A stretch of DNA of 63,993 nucleotides, counting the filler, from Dirinaria sp. TL-2023a (Eukaryota): assembly GCA_051941275.1 (NCBI GenBank). It is 3 parts of 3 records of this genome, joined end to end, with 100 filler letters (N's around TTAATTAATTAA, not from the genome) between each part and the next. Parts side by side here need not be neighbours in the genome. Positions count along the whole stretch, not along the records: positions 42,937 to 63,993 come from JAVEBF010000269.1; 2 more parts are not named here. One strand, written 5' to 3'. Made by a program: the position numbers and the translations under genes. The notes beneath the pieces were generated by a model, which was given only the letters and a program-made list of their open reading frames with translations, ran no database searches and was not told the origin of the DNA. Below, piece after piece: positions 63,930 through 63,993 of this stretch (position 1 is its first letter; the number at the start of each line of letters is the position of its first letter).

Positions 63930-63993
63930 ACAATAAGTTTTATTATGCATTATTTTTTTATATTTTCACTTTAACTAAAGAAAACAACCCCCC

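Overview
Eukaryotic, intron-containing fungal DNA (filamentous ascomycete, Pezizomycotina-like; exact taxon not determinable here). The window is three contigs joined by artificial N44-TTAATTAATTAA-N44 linkers (21385-21484, 42837-42936), so adjacency across the linkers is not biological evidence. Segment 1 carries RIF1, RIC8, DPH2, palF/RIM8, a GFA/Mss4-like gene and RAM2. Segment 2 is a dense housekeeping block: YDJ1, FCY1, HEM12, TRM82, RPP0, a probable H/ACA snoRNA, MEX67, cystinosin/ERS1, AGC1, QRI7 and a Myb gene. Segment 3 is gene-sparse and accessory-like: a GPI protein, a secreted deuterolysin-like protein lacking HExxH, two paralogous RING-H2 genes, a ~702-aa HeLo-like/SesA-type domain fused to a G-alpha domain, and tRNA-Ser(AGA). 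The strongest leads are (1) the HeLo-like::G-alpha fusion, which has lost both catalytic GTPase residues, (2) a repeated hairpin+motif element just downstream of the MEX67 stop, (3) the zinc-site-dead secreted M35 protein, (4) an intergenic TAAGGTA/TACCTTA motif, and (5) several non-YAG splice acceptors. All gene models were read by eye; no searches were run.
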